From Ancylonema sp. (taxonomy: Eukaryota), in NCBI GenBank assembly GCA_050230475.1, contig JBFLGF010000208.1, forward strand, positions 1-64,000: 64,000 bases of DNA, written 5' to 3'. Position 1 is the first letter of the stretch; every line of letters starts with the position of its first letter. The translations under genes and the position numbers were made by a program. This document shows positions 38,139 to 51,590 of this stretch, in pieces. The notes beneath the pieces are model-generated. The model was not told the origin of the DNA. It did no database searches and saw nothing but the letters and a program-made list of their open reading frames with translations.

Positions 38139-41092
38139 CACACACACATACATTCGTAGCAGATAACCACCCCTCCGATAAACCTCATTTCTCTCAATAC
38201 AATCAAAACCCAATCAAAACCTCAATCTGCTCCACAAGACTCCAAACCGCACATGCATACACGCCTGCGTGCACCCTTTAGGTGATGGGTGGGAACACAA
38301 AAGGAACATAAAAATCCCCAAAAGGACATACATCCGAAAAGGCACACACTCGCCCCCCCCCCCCCCGCCCCCCTTACCCTCATGCGCCTCTTCTGCTGTT
38401 TCCAACAGCTCTCCATCTTCTAAACTGAGCCACTGCAGGCTCGACCCGACCACCCCCACCATCACTTTCTCGTCGGGCGATATCGCGATGATGTCGTAGT
38501 GGGGGGGACCCGTCCCCCTCCCCCCACTGCTGGCTGGGGGCGGGGGGGGGATGGTGAAGGTGTGCAGCACCCTTGGGTCTTCATCGACCTCGTACCGGAC
38601 TACACAGGTGGCAACCAGGCAACCAGTCACAGGATAGGTGGGGCACGTGTCACACCCCTGAGCACCCACACGTTGCCGACACAGAATGTGACACCACTCC
38701 TTCCAACCTCAATCTGACACCCTCTACCCCCTCCCCCTCCCCCCACCGTTGATGTTCCACACTTTGATAGTGCCGTCTTTGGAGGCAGTCACCATTCGCT
38801 CGCAGGAGGGGCCGAAGCACAGCCACGTCACTGCACTCTGCAGGGGGGGGGGGATGTGTGACTCAAGCTAGCTCACCCAATGCCCAATGCCCAATGCCTG
38901 TCCTGGAGTGGGAATGGGAGTGGGACCCACTTGGTGTCCCTTCAGCTGCATCACTTTCGTGACTGTCTGGAGGGATGAGTCTTTGCCGTAAACCAACTCC
39001 CAGATCTGAACCCATCCCCATCCCCCCCACACCCCACCCACCCCACCAACCGTGTGTGAGACGTTGCATGAAAGTGGCCCCCCATTGCCCTACCTCCACG
39101 AATCGGACCGCACCGTACCTTTACGACAGCCGTGAATGCGGCAGCTGCCAGGAACCTTCCGTCTGGGGACAGGGCGGCCATGGTGTTCTTAAGTTGGCTG
39201 GTGTCCGCGCTGCCCACGCATTTGCCGTCACACGCCGTCCACAGCTTGATGTCGGTGCCTGCACCGCGACCGAAAACCGAAAACCGAAAACTTACAATCT
39301 GAGGACTGGTTTGGCGGGGGAGAGGATTCAGTTGGTCGTCGCTTTCCCTCGTCCAGAATGTCAGATTCAGGTTCAGGTTCAGGATAGGGTTCAGGTTCGG
39401 ATTCAGGTTGGTCCTCTGATACCTTCTGAGCATGTCGCCAGAATGACCTCTCCCGATCCTGTCCCGTACTTTGCTGCCGCCCCGACCATGGTCTTCGTCT
39501 CATTGGCCCCGTGGATGTTGTCTTTCTGCCACTTCATTTCGGGGGGCGGCACTTTGCCTTGCGCCCGTGCTTCTGCCGCCTCCTTCCCACCTCCTGACCC
39601 AAACAGGCAGAGCCCCCCCCCCCTGCCAGCGCTGCTAGTTGTGACTGCCAATTGGGATGCGCCTTCGCCGAAGGCCACGTGGTGGGGGCGGATTCCGGTG
39701 GGGAGGTTGATGCGGAGGAATCTGGCAGGGGGGGGGGGGGGGGTGAAGATTAGAGGGTGTAAGGGGTAGGGAAGGTAAGGATGGGAGACTGGGGGGGGGG
39801 GGATGGGGTAAGAGAATTTATGGGTGGGATAGGAGGACAGTGGACAGCTGTCACTCACTTGAAGCTCTTGGCCGCCACGTCGTCGAGTTTGAAGACGCGG
39901 ACCACTCTGTCCGCACAGGCTGGGGGGGGGGGGTGGGGGGGTGAGTGGATGGCAGGGTGGCAAAGATAAGGGGAAGATTTCGGCGGGCAAGAAATCTAAC
40001 AACCAAAATACGAAGCATGGATGGTGGCAAGGTATTGTATAGAACCCGAAACTGTAATTAGATTTAGACGTCCTCAGAGGTGTATGGTCCAGGATTAGGG
40101 TTTCAGGTTTAGGAACCCAAATTGAATGTAAAGTAGAATTGAATGTGTCAATGTCTACACTGTCTGCAGTACCAGCTGGGCGCTGCCATGCAACCTCGAG
40201 GCTGTTATATCGAATGATAGCACCTGTTATATCGAATAATAACACCTCTGCATCTGACTCCGATTTCGCCTTCCAGATGCAGACACAGAAACGGATACGG
40301 ATTCAGTCTGGTTGCTGACCTGTCGCCAGGCCCCTGCCGTCAGCAGTGAAGGCCAGCCCCGTAACCGCATCCCCGTGACCCTTGAGGGTGTTCAGGTCCA
40401 GGCGGTGGTGGTGGTGATGGGCGTGGGAGGCATGACTCTGAACCCCAAGGGACGGAGTGAGAGATGGTTGAAGTGACCGTGTTGAGGGCGGTGTTTTGCG
40501 AGAGAGAAGGAGACGGACAGAGAAGAAGAGTGTGCTGACTGTTTGTGAGAGGGTGTCGGATTTGAGGGCGGCAAATGAGGTGATGTTATGTTGCACTGTG
40601 GAGGTGAGGGATGTGAGGTTGGGAAAGAGGCAAGAAATCGTCTTGCCAGGAATCACGTCATGTCCGGATGTGATTCGTTGAATGTCAACGGGTCGTCGGA
40701 GTGCGGAGACGCAAGCCGTAAAGAACAACGAAATCATGTGATCTTGTTTTTGGTCTAGAAATCTGCTCGACTAAAACCAAGACCAGTTTTCGTTCGACTG
40801 AATCAACCAATTTTCGAGAAAATGGCCAGAATTGGTGAAGTCGGTAGCCCGTGTTACGAAGATAGAACACAGTTCTCACCTTGTCACTCCCTTTGTGCTT
40901 GGAAGCAGAAGCCTTACTCGTGACAGGAGCTGCAGGTGGCGCATTTTCAACCACGGAGCTCACATTCTCTGAGAGAGACTTTGAAGTGAACAAGTAATGA
41001 ACGATTGCGATGACGACAATTGATGCCAAGGCAGTCCAGATGCCGAATTCCAGCCATCCATTCGAAGGCGGAGTTTGGGATGAAGATTCCAT
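37581..41092 (-). CDS. TBL2: Transducin beta-like 2 (TBL2)-type WD40 protein with an N-terminal membrane anchor, multi-exon
   Basis: Hydrophobic segment GIWTALASIVVIAIVHYLF. Later exons give LDLNTLKGHGDAVTGLAFTADGRGLAT, FLRINLP, QLKNTMAALSPDGRFLAAAAFTAVVK, VRYEVDEDP and MILGTGSVDKKVKLWMPPSLPT*. Confidence 0.88.
38104..38150. repeat. (CA)n microsatellite in a TBL2 intron
   Basis: Visible CA run with one interruption. Confidence 0.9.
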
Positions 41093-41848
41093 TTCCAAAT
41101 CCACGCCGCGACGGAATTCAAGTGACACAATTTTCGAGAGAGAGATGCATCTGAGCTCGTCGCGTGTCTCGATGACTGAAAGGGACTACAGCCTGTGAAA
41201 ACTTCCCCCGACTAGGATCGTTTCACACACCAAATGGATACGGTAGCGAGGAACAGGTTCACGGAATGGTCGATAGGGAATGATGTAGTCGTCGCGCCCA
41301 AAACGGATATTGCGTTTTGGGTGTAGCAAATGCGCGACACATCGTGAAACACGTGTCACGATACGATGTAGTCAAATGTCGGTGGCACTGGATATTTGAC
41401 CTCTGTAGACGTTGGGATTGGTGCTTCTTTTTCTCGATCCAGGTGCCACGTGCCGGACCTTATTCGAATGTGAACTCAGTGGCAGACTCTATCCCTACAT
41501 TTCCCTGGCATTTCACGCGGGTGAGGGCGAGAATGCTCAGGGCGTCTGTCGCTACCCGTCGGTGTCGAGAGGCGCGGTATACATTTTGAACAGCTGACGA
41601 GAAATCGAGACAGCTCTAGTTTAGTCAGGCTCATTTGAGCCCGTACTCCACTTTTTTCAGCTGCAGCTGCAGCGAGCTTGTGAGGAATGTGTACTCTCTC
41701 AGGGTTTGGGAATGTCCCGCCGAGTGGGCGGAATTCATGGAACCGCATCCGTATGTTCTTGTGCGTGAAATTCATGTCAGTGGCTCACTCACCATAGTCC
41801 TAGGAACCAATGCAATTGCAATCTGATTGCGAAGACGACAGCTAAAAG

Positions 41849-43869
41849 ATGACTTCCTCCGCCGAATTGAGCCACCCTCACTCCGCCCCTCGCGCTCACA
41901 AACCGCGCGGTCGTATTTCAGACCAGCACAAACGACGCGACGTCGCTCTTGACCGCCAAAAGAATGCGCGGCAGCATCAGCAAATCGAGGCTCGCCATAT
42001 AGCTTTACATGCCGCGGAACTCGGTCCTGGTGACGCACCCTTGCCAATCGAGGAAGACCCCCCCGCCGCGGATGGGGGCGCGGGGGAAGATACCCTTGTG
42101 CACCGAGTCGAGTCAGACGACTTCGAAGTGGATGATGAGGGGCAATCGTCAGAAGCATCCCTCAGCGACGGAATTCTGGAGGGGGGTGGGGGAGGACTTA
42201 AGGGGCAAACTGCTCGAGAATTTTACAGCAAGCAGCTCACCCTGCCGGAATGGCTCATCGACATCCCCACAAACCTGGTGAAGGACTGGTGAGACGCTGG
42301 GAACCCTGAACCCTGAACCCAGAACAGCTGAGGTTTTACCTCCCCCCTCCCCTCAGGTTCGTTACGGTCCGTCCAGAGGGCCAGCGCTGCCTCGTCATCG
42401 CCTCCCGCGGGACCACAGTGAGCCGCCTCCGGACCGGACGCATTCTGCACCGCTTCCCCTCTGCTCTGCCCAACGGCGCCAGGACGCGCCAGGTGGCAGC
42501 AGCAGCGCATGTGTACTGCATACTGGACTGCATCTTCCATGAGGTGCCCCCTCCGCTCCACTCAATCCTTGAATCCTTCCCCCCTCACTGCCCCACCCCG
42601 TACTCCCCCCCCTCCCCTGCCCAGCGCCGACATCAGCCTGACGAGACGTACTACGTGGTGGACATCATGGCCTGGCGCGGCCACTCCCTGTACGAATGCA
42701 CGGCAGAGTTCCGAGTCTTCTGGCTGGCCTCCAAGCTGGCGGAAACGACAGCTGGCGGCCCCCCCTCGCACTTCAACCGCTACCGCTTCCTCCCGCTGTC
42801 CGCGCGAGAGAGCTCTGTGGGGGGGCTTCGCGCGGCACATTCGGAATCGGTACCCTTTGTGAGAGATGGTCTGCTGCTGTACAGCAGGTGGGGTACTCCA
42901 TCCCATCCCAGCCGCCCCAGGCCCCCAGCCTCCCAACCCCCCCAACATAACCTCCCACCTCTCCTGCCTTGTCACCTGGCAGACACGCCCACTACACACC
43001 TGGCCTCACCCCGTTGGTCCTGCTCTGGAAGGACGCGCAGTGCAGCCCGTACCTTTTGGACACGGACGCCAATGGGGTGGTGCCACCTCAGCAGCAGCTG
43101 GTGCTGGAGTATCGGGCAGACGGCACTCTGGGCACGGGGGATACCCCCCCCACAGTTATGGGACGGCTACCAGATAGCTTTGTGCAACCCGTGAGTGGCG
43201 CTGCGGTGCACTACAGCTGCCCACTTTCGCCCTCAACCGTTTTTTTCTTTTTTTCCGTCCCGTTTGTTGTGGCGGCAGAATGCGAAACAGTTGCGCGCGG
43301 GTACCTTGCTCCGTTTTGCCATCGGGGGGGGGGGGTCTGCATGTGGCGGAGGGTCAGCCGTTGTTTGCAGACCTTCAGTACCAGGGCCTGTCGCACCAGA
43401 GGAGGGGGGGGGGCGGACAGCTGTACAAAGGTAAGGGGATGGGAAGGGGAGATGAGGGTAGTGTGATACTGTCGATTTTTTTTTTTGTAATCCAGGAAGC
43501 ACGCAAACCATCATTGTATCGAAGGCGGAGATGAAATCGTGGTGGAATTTCAAAGCAATTCTGAAATTCCAAGAGCTAGAAGATGTGAAAAAGGCTGAGA
43601 AAAAAGGGAGAAATGGAGGGATCGAAAAATGAGAAAATAGAATGGGGTCCATAGAAGGTGCTGTTTTTGTTTGTGCTCATTGCATATGTGTTCGTTATAT
43701 TTGGGAGCAGATTTTGTTCCAATACGCAGCCCGGCACAACCCGATCGCTATATCGGATCTTGTGAACGCAATCGAGGCAACGGATGGGGATGGGGATGTG
43801 GGAATGGGCGGTGGGGATGGGGGGCGCAATGCCAGCAGGGACTCCGAAGTGATGGCTGACACGCTTTGA
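41849..43869 (+). CDS. SPN1: Snurportin-1 (m3G-cap snRNP import adaptor), multi-exon; two apparent homopolymer frameshifts in one exon
   Basis: Exons give SDQHKRRDVALDRQKNAR (IBB-like), QLTLPEWLIDIP...W|FVTVRPEGQRCLVIASRGTT, FPSALPNG, YCILDCIFHE, YYVVDIMAWRGHSLYECTAEFRVFWL, HAHYTPGLTPLVLLWKD and ADSCTK|ILFQYAAR. Confidence 0.92.
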
Positions 43870-44878
43870 AATGAAGTTGCCAGCTGTCCGTGGTCGCATA
43901 CAGGAGGGGATCTCTATGTGTATGTTCCTATGTGTATACGTTTCTACGTGGTTTTGTTTCAAACCTCGTGTGCCCTTTTGTTTTTTTTGTTTGTATGTTC
44001 ATGTGTATCCATGTTTCTGTGTTTCCGTGTTGGTTGGTATGGTTTGCATGAGTGGGCCCCTCATTAGGCGACTCATGAGGTTCAGGTTGGGTGGAGGTTT
44101 AGTAAACTGTTGTTGAGTGGATCTGTGTGTGGCCTCACCACGCCAACTCATGACGCTGGTGCCTTATCCGCTTGCTTCACATAATATATGCGGTGCGATT
44201 GACGTAATTCCAGAAAGCGCTCTTGACAAGATAGATGATCGAGAGTTTTGCCAATAACGAGTTCCTAATATTTGATATTAGGTACCACGTACTTGTGCTC
44301 CAAAAAATGCAAGACTTTGTATCGTATATGACTACAGTCGGGCATTGATACCACCCCCACATCACTCTATTGATCATGTACATAACTGAGGTCTCAAAAT
44401 CCCTAGACAATGTCGAATGAATAGTTTGGAACGCACCCACTCACAAAGTTATGATTGCAACCACATGTGAGCACTCTCCAATTAACGAGTGTTCGTATGT
44501 GCGATGGTAAATAAAATAAATGGAATTGAAAGTGTAATTTTCACGAAGTTTTTTTCTACAAGATCCGCAACCTAGATCAAAGTCTAAACTATTGTGAGAG
44601 CTAGAAGGCGGGTGGCACTTGGGTTGTACAACTCCAAAACTCTGAATTCCGAATATATAACATCTTGCACACGGATCCGCTGCCAAGTCACCATCAACTT
44701 CATTTTTCGGGTCGGCCATGCAGCTCTTCATGGCCTTCATCACTCAAAATTGATCCCTTCCTCCATACACACTTGTGTGTGCCGAAATGCTGACCACGAG
44801 CATGGATTCAAAACTCACATCCTCACTTGACACGCAACTCGCATCGAATTCACACTGTGAGCGACCATTTCACGAAGC

Positions 44879-47800
44879 TTAAGCCAGGCTCCGGAACCAT
44901 CTCAAGAGAGTGCTCAGACCCTTGTCCAACAGCGGCGCCCTCTCTTCCAAATCTGCACATACGATTCTCCCCAACACTATTTTCACGCAACCGTTGGGAA
45001 CGTCAGCTATCTCCTTTTCCATCCTTTGCTTTTCGTTCACTACACCAAGTCTCCACTTTTTCAAAACCCCGTCTTCGATTTGTGTCAACCATATCCATCC
45101 GTGACCACAACCATAACCATAACCATAAACATAACCATAACCATAACCATAACCATAACCATAACCATCCCCTTTCCTCTTCACAACTCTTCATCTTATT
45201 TTGAACATATTCACGGAACGCTCTCCCCTTCTCACCTCCCACCCTTTTCACCTCACCAATTTTCGACCACACCACCCACCAAAACAGCAACCTCAAATTT
45301 CCGACCCCCCAGCCGGCCAGCCCCCCACCCTCACCCAAATCCGCCGCCACTCGGTGGCCGCACATGATACCCGAAAACGCCACCGCAATCACCCCCTGCC
45401 CCGGGAAGCAGCTGTCGCCCACACAGTAGAGGCCCTTCACACCCTGGCGAAGGACACATGCATCCCCCCCCCACAGGATCATCGACCGGTGGAATGAGGG
45501 CGGAGGAGGAGGGGAGGGTGGGGTGCCAGGTGGCGGTTTGGAACTCTTACGGTGGTGTTGAACGGCATTCCGAGGAGACCTTTGGGGCGGCGGGCTGGGA
45601 TTGGTCCGTACGTCCCCTCGTCTCGATTGAGAAATCTACGGTGCGTGCGCGGCGTTCCCACCTGAAAACCGAATTTAAATTTAATTTTAAATGTTTATTT
45701 GTATTTAATTTCATTCAAATTAAATCATTTGAATTTCATTTCAAATCAATTCAAAATTATATGAATTCCTTTTTCAAATGAATGAGAAATGTGCGTATGT
45801 GATTCGATTTGGAAACACACAGATCGGAAACACGGGGACATGATTGGAAGGGGACGGGAAATGCATGGAGAGCGGGGGGATGTACACAACGTCGACTCGC
45901 AAGAACGTGCCAAAAATCGATAAACTGACATTCCGACTTCAACTCCGACTGGAAAGGGAAAAAAAAAAACTAAAAAAACATACAAATAAGGGGGGGGTTG
46001 GGGGGGGAGGGGCAATGCAATCTCTGCTTCCACTTTCTCTCCTCCCTCTCCCCCACCCCTCCCTCTCCCCCTCTAACCCCCCACCTCTCTGAAGTGTGTG
46101 CCTTGCTTCAGCCCGGGAGCCTTAAGCGCCACCTCCAGTCGCTCCACAATCCTGTCCGCCACCTCCTCCTTCTTAGAGATGTAGTCAGACGGGGAGAGGC
46201 CCTGAACAACACGAAGACAACACACCCCCTGGTCTGAATACCCCTCTGAAACTGAAACCTCAAACTAAAAATAATGGTTCGACATCATCCCCCACGTGGC
46301 AACTGTCTCTCCCTATGGTTCACTGGCAGTGCATACACACATTAAAAAATACATGTACCCGCACACGAATGGAAGTGAATATACACATAAGGGTCCATAT
46401 GTTTGTCTTCCAAACCATCGGCCAGACAGTCTTGACTCGCACCCGCATCATCATTGCCACCTGTCACCTCCCCATTGCTTCCAGACCACAGACCATGGAC
46501 CACTCCTGCCAGTCGTGCAGCCACGCGGTGGTGAACAAGTGGAGGATGTGGCGGCCAGGTGGCGCCAGGTCAGCATCCAACAAAGTGGGAATGCTCAAAA
46601 AAATAGTTTCGTACGCCTCCTCCATCTTACCCCACTCCGTCTGCACCCCCCCCTCCCTTCCCCAAAATTAATCGATCCCTCCTGCCTACCGCCCCCCCCT
46701 GGTTACCTCTAGCACGAGGTGGTGGCAGTCTGTGCCAGGTGGCAGCACAGCAGCATCCACCCCCATGTGGATGGACAAGAAGGAGGGCGCTTTTCGGTAC
46801 CGAGTCTGGACCTGGGCCTCCTCCAACGGCATGGATTTGCGAGGTACCAGTTTCTCTGAACACGGGGGGGGGGGCCCTGGGACCGAAATGAGTACATCTC
46901 TCCACACGAAACGAGTGCCCGCTGTCACCCACCGAACGTGTCCCATCTCGTGGCGTTCGAGATCACTGCCTTGGCCGCCACCTGTCGTCCATCTGCCAGC
47001 TGGACACCCACCTGCACTGCCCCAGCCCCCCCCACCAGGCACTCCTCAGCACTCTCTGTAGCTAGCAGCCAGTCAGTGGGTGGGTGGGTGGGTGGAGTTG
47101 GGGGGCCCACCGCTCGCCCATCCTCCCCCACCACCACCTCCTTCACATTCGCCCGGTACTCCACATGCCCCCCCATGCTCTCTAGCGCCTCCGTGAGCTC
47201 GAGGGCGATCCTCCCCACCCCCCCCTTGGGGTAGTTGATCCCCCCGTAGTGCCGGTCGCATAGCACCATGGCTGCGTTGATCATGGGCGTGCGGGCGGCG
47301 TCCACTGTGCTCACGATGAAACACTGGAGGGGGGTCATGGTGCCAGGGTTAGGGTTAGGGTTAGGGTTAGGGTTAGGGTTAGGGTTAGGGTTAGGGTTTT
47401 GGGTCATGACTCCGATGCTGTTTGAGGTCGGACGTATTCAGTTCCTGGTGTGGGGGGGTGAGGTTCAGGGCTTTCGATTATTTCACATCAATTTGTTCGG
47501 ATTTTATTTTGGGGGTCTGTATCCATCTATGTAGATATTTGTTCAGCTACGTTGCCCCCAGAGGGGCTGTGCCCCAAACTGAGAGGTCACAAATTAATAA
47601 ATTGATAAAAGAGTAAATACTTGTCCGTTGTTTGTGCCCACCTCTGCGTCGATGAAGGAAAGCAGGTTTGGATCTCGGATGTGTTTCCGAGCGATGTCTC
47701 CCGCGTTCTGAGGAAGGTACCAGGCTGCACACACGGAAACCACCAGGAAGCTTCCGGACCTCCTCAGCCAACAGTCGAAGAGCTGAACAGTCTGTGTGTG

Positions 47801-47955
47801 TAATGTGAGCGTGAATGTATATTTATATGTAAATGTCATTGTACATGTGAATGTGAATGTGGATGTAGATATAAATCTAGATGTAAATGTATATGTGAAT
47901 GTGGATGTAAATGTACACATAAATGTGGATGTAAATGGATATGTAAATGTCTACG

Positions 47956-48000
<45 letters not shown>

Positions 48001-50336
48001 ACGTGGATGTAAATGTATATGTAAATGTGTATGTAAATGTGTGTGTAAATGTATATGTAAATGTATATGTAAATGTGTATCTAAATGTGTATGTAAATGT
48101 ATATGTAAATGTATATGTAAATGTGTATGTAAATGTATATGTAAATGTATATGTAAATGTATATGTAAATGTGTATGTAAATGTATATATAAATGTGTAT
48201 GTAAATGTGTATGCAACTGTATATGTAAATGTGTATGTAAATGTGTATGTAAATGTGTATGTAAATGTGTATGTAAATGTGTATGTGTATGTAAAGAAAC
48301 CTTTGCTGTTGTGTCTGTTATAATTGACGTGGTGGTGACGTTGAGATGACAGTGCAGCCGCCAATCTCCACTTGGACCCAATGATTGCTGAGCTGTCTGA
48401 ATTCAGTTTTGAGGCAAAACAGTGCAGTGCGAGAGACCAGAGAAAAAAACCCTAAATAAATACATCATTCAGATTCATTTTGTATTCATTTCGTATTCAT
48501 TTCTTTACAGATCGTTAAATACACATTAAATTAATAACTCAATGGCAACATATTTCAGCTCATTTCGATTTCGTTTTCACTCCACTTCGTTGCAATAATT
48601 AGCAGCGCCACTGCTCTACCCAGACGCCCTCCCACCCCCCACCCCCCATCGGTCACAGTATTCTGTTCCCCTCACCCAGAGTGAGGCAAGCAATAGGTTT
48701 TCGCACGAATTGCCCCAAGAGGTATAGGGGCTCCTCCAGGGACTTCAGCTCGAGGGAGTTCAGGGCATTGAACACCTGCAGCCAGGTGGCATAAACCCTA
48801 AAAGTCACACACACCTCACCCTCCCCTGCACTCTGCTGGTGGCACGTGATGGGCTAGATGACGTTTTTCGATTCGGACTAATTGACAGTTTGGTGGGATA
48901 CGTTTTATTCGCAGCATACACATCTGTACACACACCTCGTAACTGAAAGTGTATGTTTCATACACACATATGCACATGTTACATACCTTTGGACCTTTGA
49001 ACGTATTGACCTATGAATATATGTATCTATGTATCTACATGTGTATGCATCTCTGTGTATATGCATCTTTGTATCCATGTATCTATGTACTTATGTACCA
49101 ATGTACCTATACCTACCACTAGCATATTCGCTTTCATGACTACATACACCCATTGATCACGCACACACCTCTTCATTGATTATTGAGTATATAATACTAA
49201 TAATAAAACCGGTAATACTCATAGAAGTAATAATCATACTAATAATTATAATGATTACAATTGTATCGATAAAAATTATGATGCCAATAATGATAATAAT
49301 GAAAATAATGATGATATTAATATAGTGCAAGTGTATTCAAACATGCACGAATTTTCAAATACATTGTGTAGCTCCCCCGACCTCTCCTAGAATTAGCTCC
49401 CCGATTTTGGAGTCATGATGTTGAAATCGTCGACATCATTCCAATGTGGTCATTATCGAACCCACCGTCCAGCATTCGTCGTAAAACTTGCGAATTCCCA
49501 CCCGCTCCTCTGGAAAGCGGTCGGTTAGTTCGGCGATGAACTCGTCGTAGCTGCGATGCACTTTTACGGAGAGATGGTTCGGCATGTGGTAATGTACGGC
49601 GACGGGGTCTTCTAGAACCTCCAATGTACGGCCAACAGCTGCCAGAGCTCGGGTGATGAGGTTCACGTTGCCCTGAGGGAGGAAATGAACGGTGGATGGA
49701 TGCATCAGGGACAGGGCGTCGACTGAAGTGCTATGCGTTCGGTCGCGGTGGCAGACACGAAAAGCGCGCGTCGTGAATTGCGGTGCTTAGGGCGGTCAGT
49801 GCGGTCTTAGTGCGGTCATGGAGAGAAGATAAAAGATACTGTACGAGTAACCACCTTGTTACCTTGTTACCGAATCCGAACATCACGGACGAACCGACGT
49901 CGAAGGTGTAGCCTTCCTTTGTGAAGAATCCGGAGCTGCCACCTGGAATCACATACTTCTCCAACAACGCCACCTTCGCCCCTTTCAATGCCAGCTGTGT
50001 GGCTGCCACAAGGCCACCTATACCTGCTCCAATCACTACTGCGTCATACACAACTGAATCATTCGAGGTGTTTGCACTCGCCACGTCATCTGAGGCCTCT
50101 TCAGCAACCAGGGTGTTTGCCACTGTCTCAAGTGAGGCGGAAGCAGCTGAATATGATTTTGGTACGGGTGATACGAGGGAAGCACTCCGGCGGCGTGAAT
50201 AGTGCAGGCCATATCGTGGATTTATTGAAGTTCGGATTTTAGTGGAGTGTCCTGCGCTGTGTCTCCACGACACGGCACGCGGACAAGAAGCGCCGAGGAT
50301 TTCCACCTGGACTCCTATGACCCCAACGACTGCCAT
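44879..50336 (-). CDS. CRTISO: Prolycopene (carotenoid) isomerase, chloroplastic, multi-exon
   Basis: Exons give [20 protein letters not shown]...[12 protein letters not shown]...[90 protein letters not shown] and LLRWFRSLA*. Confidence 0.95.
45109..45167. repeat. (ACCATA)n hexamer microsatellite in the last CRTISO intron
   Basis: About 9-10 tandem units. Confidence 0.9.
47349..47396 (+). repeat. Interstitial (TTAGGG)8 telomere-type repeat in a CRTISO intron
   Basis: Eight perfect TTAGGG units. Confidence 0.95.
47812..48293. repeat. 12-bp minisatellite (GTAAATGTRTAT)n with an embedded (TA)n run, in a CRTISO intron
   Basis: Regular 12-nt periodicity at about 48009-48293, with degenerate units upstream. 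Confidence 0.92.
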
Positions 50337-51590
50337 GGTGCATGGGAGTCAAATGCTAAGAAGTTGAGTGTGCGGACATCCTTTCAGGATGCTTGGAGAC
50401 GGTGGCAGTGTTTAGAACTTTAAATGCCTCCCCGCATATGTCGGGCTACAGCTTCGCAGACAGTCAGTGGTGTAGCTCTGCTGTGCAGTGGCTGAGTTTG
50501 ACTGGCACAGCCACTTCGGATAGGTTACCCGCAAGCGTTTGGTTTGTGCGAAACTCTGCGACACGTCGACTGTTCCAGTCAATGACATATTAACGGTCAA
50601 CCTCTCCCATAATAATGTCATTACTCCCTAGGACAGTCATAATATCTGCTAATTTCATTCCTTATAACAATTGAGGTAAAATTTGAAGATTAACAAAACC
50701 TGGTGGTCTAATCTTAAATCGCCACGGAAACATACTAATGACAGACAAATGAGTTCGACTGAGTTCCCAGGACAAAGGATGTGACTATCTTCAGACTTTG
50801 TCAGCTGGCCAGCCCCCAGCCTAGCTGGCTCAATCCACATTTCAAACTTCTATTTAGTGCCGAATGCATTTCTAGCCTGACGGTGTCAACCTTAGCCTAG
50901 GGTCCCAAGGTATTCCATAGGCTACCTACTGGGTAGGGAGGGTTGTTGGGCACGTGAAAAATATTCAAGTTCGCACCTTCTCACCACTCATAACGTTTGG
51001 CATCATACGGCATTCTACATCGACACGCATCTTCATGGACACCATCACACTTCAGCCGCACTTGATAGCATGTGGATCACCATCATGTCATTAGGCCACA
51101 CTCTCGTTATATGAGTGGCATGCATGCTTGTTCTATCGGTCGTCAATATGTGCCAAGCCCACTAAATATTCTTGTGCGTCAATTTGTTGTTCACATAATA
51201 CTCTTCATGTACATTGACAGAATTGATTGCTATTTTAAAATTATTATGCGGTCCTACTCCGGCCATGAAATAGATTCAGTATTGAAGATACATGTTAGCA
51301 CAAACAATTGTTCACAACCTTCTGTGATAAAACAGTTGAGTTTGGTGAATCTTTATAATTCATGATCATAACATTTTATTCATTTATTTTTTTCCACCTT
51401 TCATATATCCTCATCACATATCCCCCGCCTACACCACTTGCGCTGCACGCCTACCATCTGAACTCACTACATAATTTAGTGAGCACTAGCCAACCCACCC
51501 CCCGTTGCATATGATACAATCATTTACACGCCCATTCAATGTACTCACTTCTGCCCATGACTAATCCCACAAGGAAATCAAAGGTGTGTC

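Noticed and set aside
47349..47396. Chromosome end or fusion scar
   Set aside because: Only 48 bp, in a single orientation, inside an intron of an intact gene.
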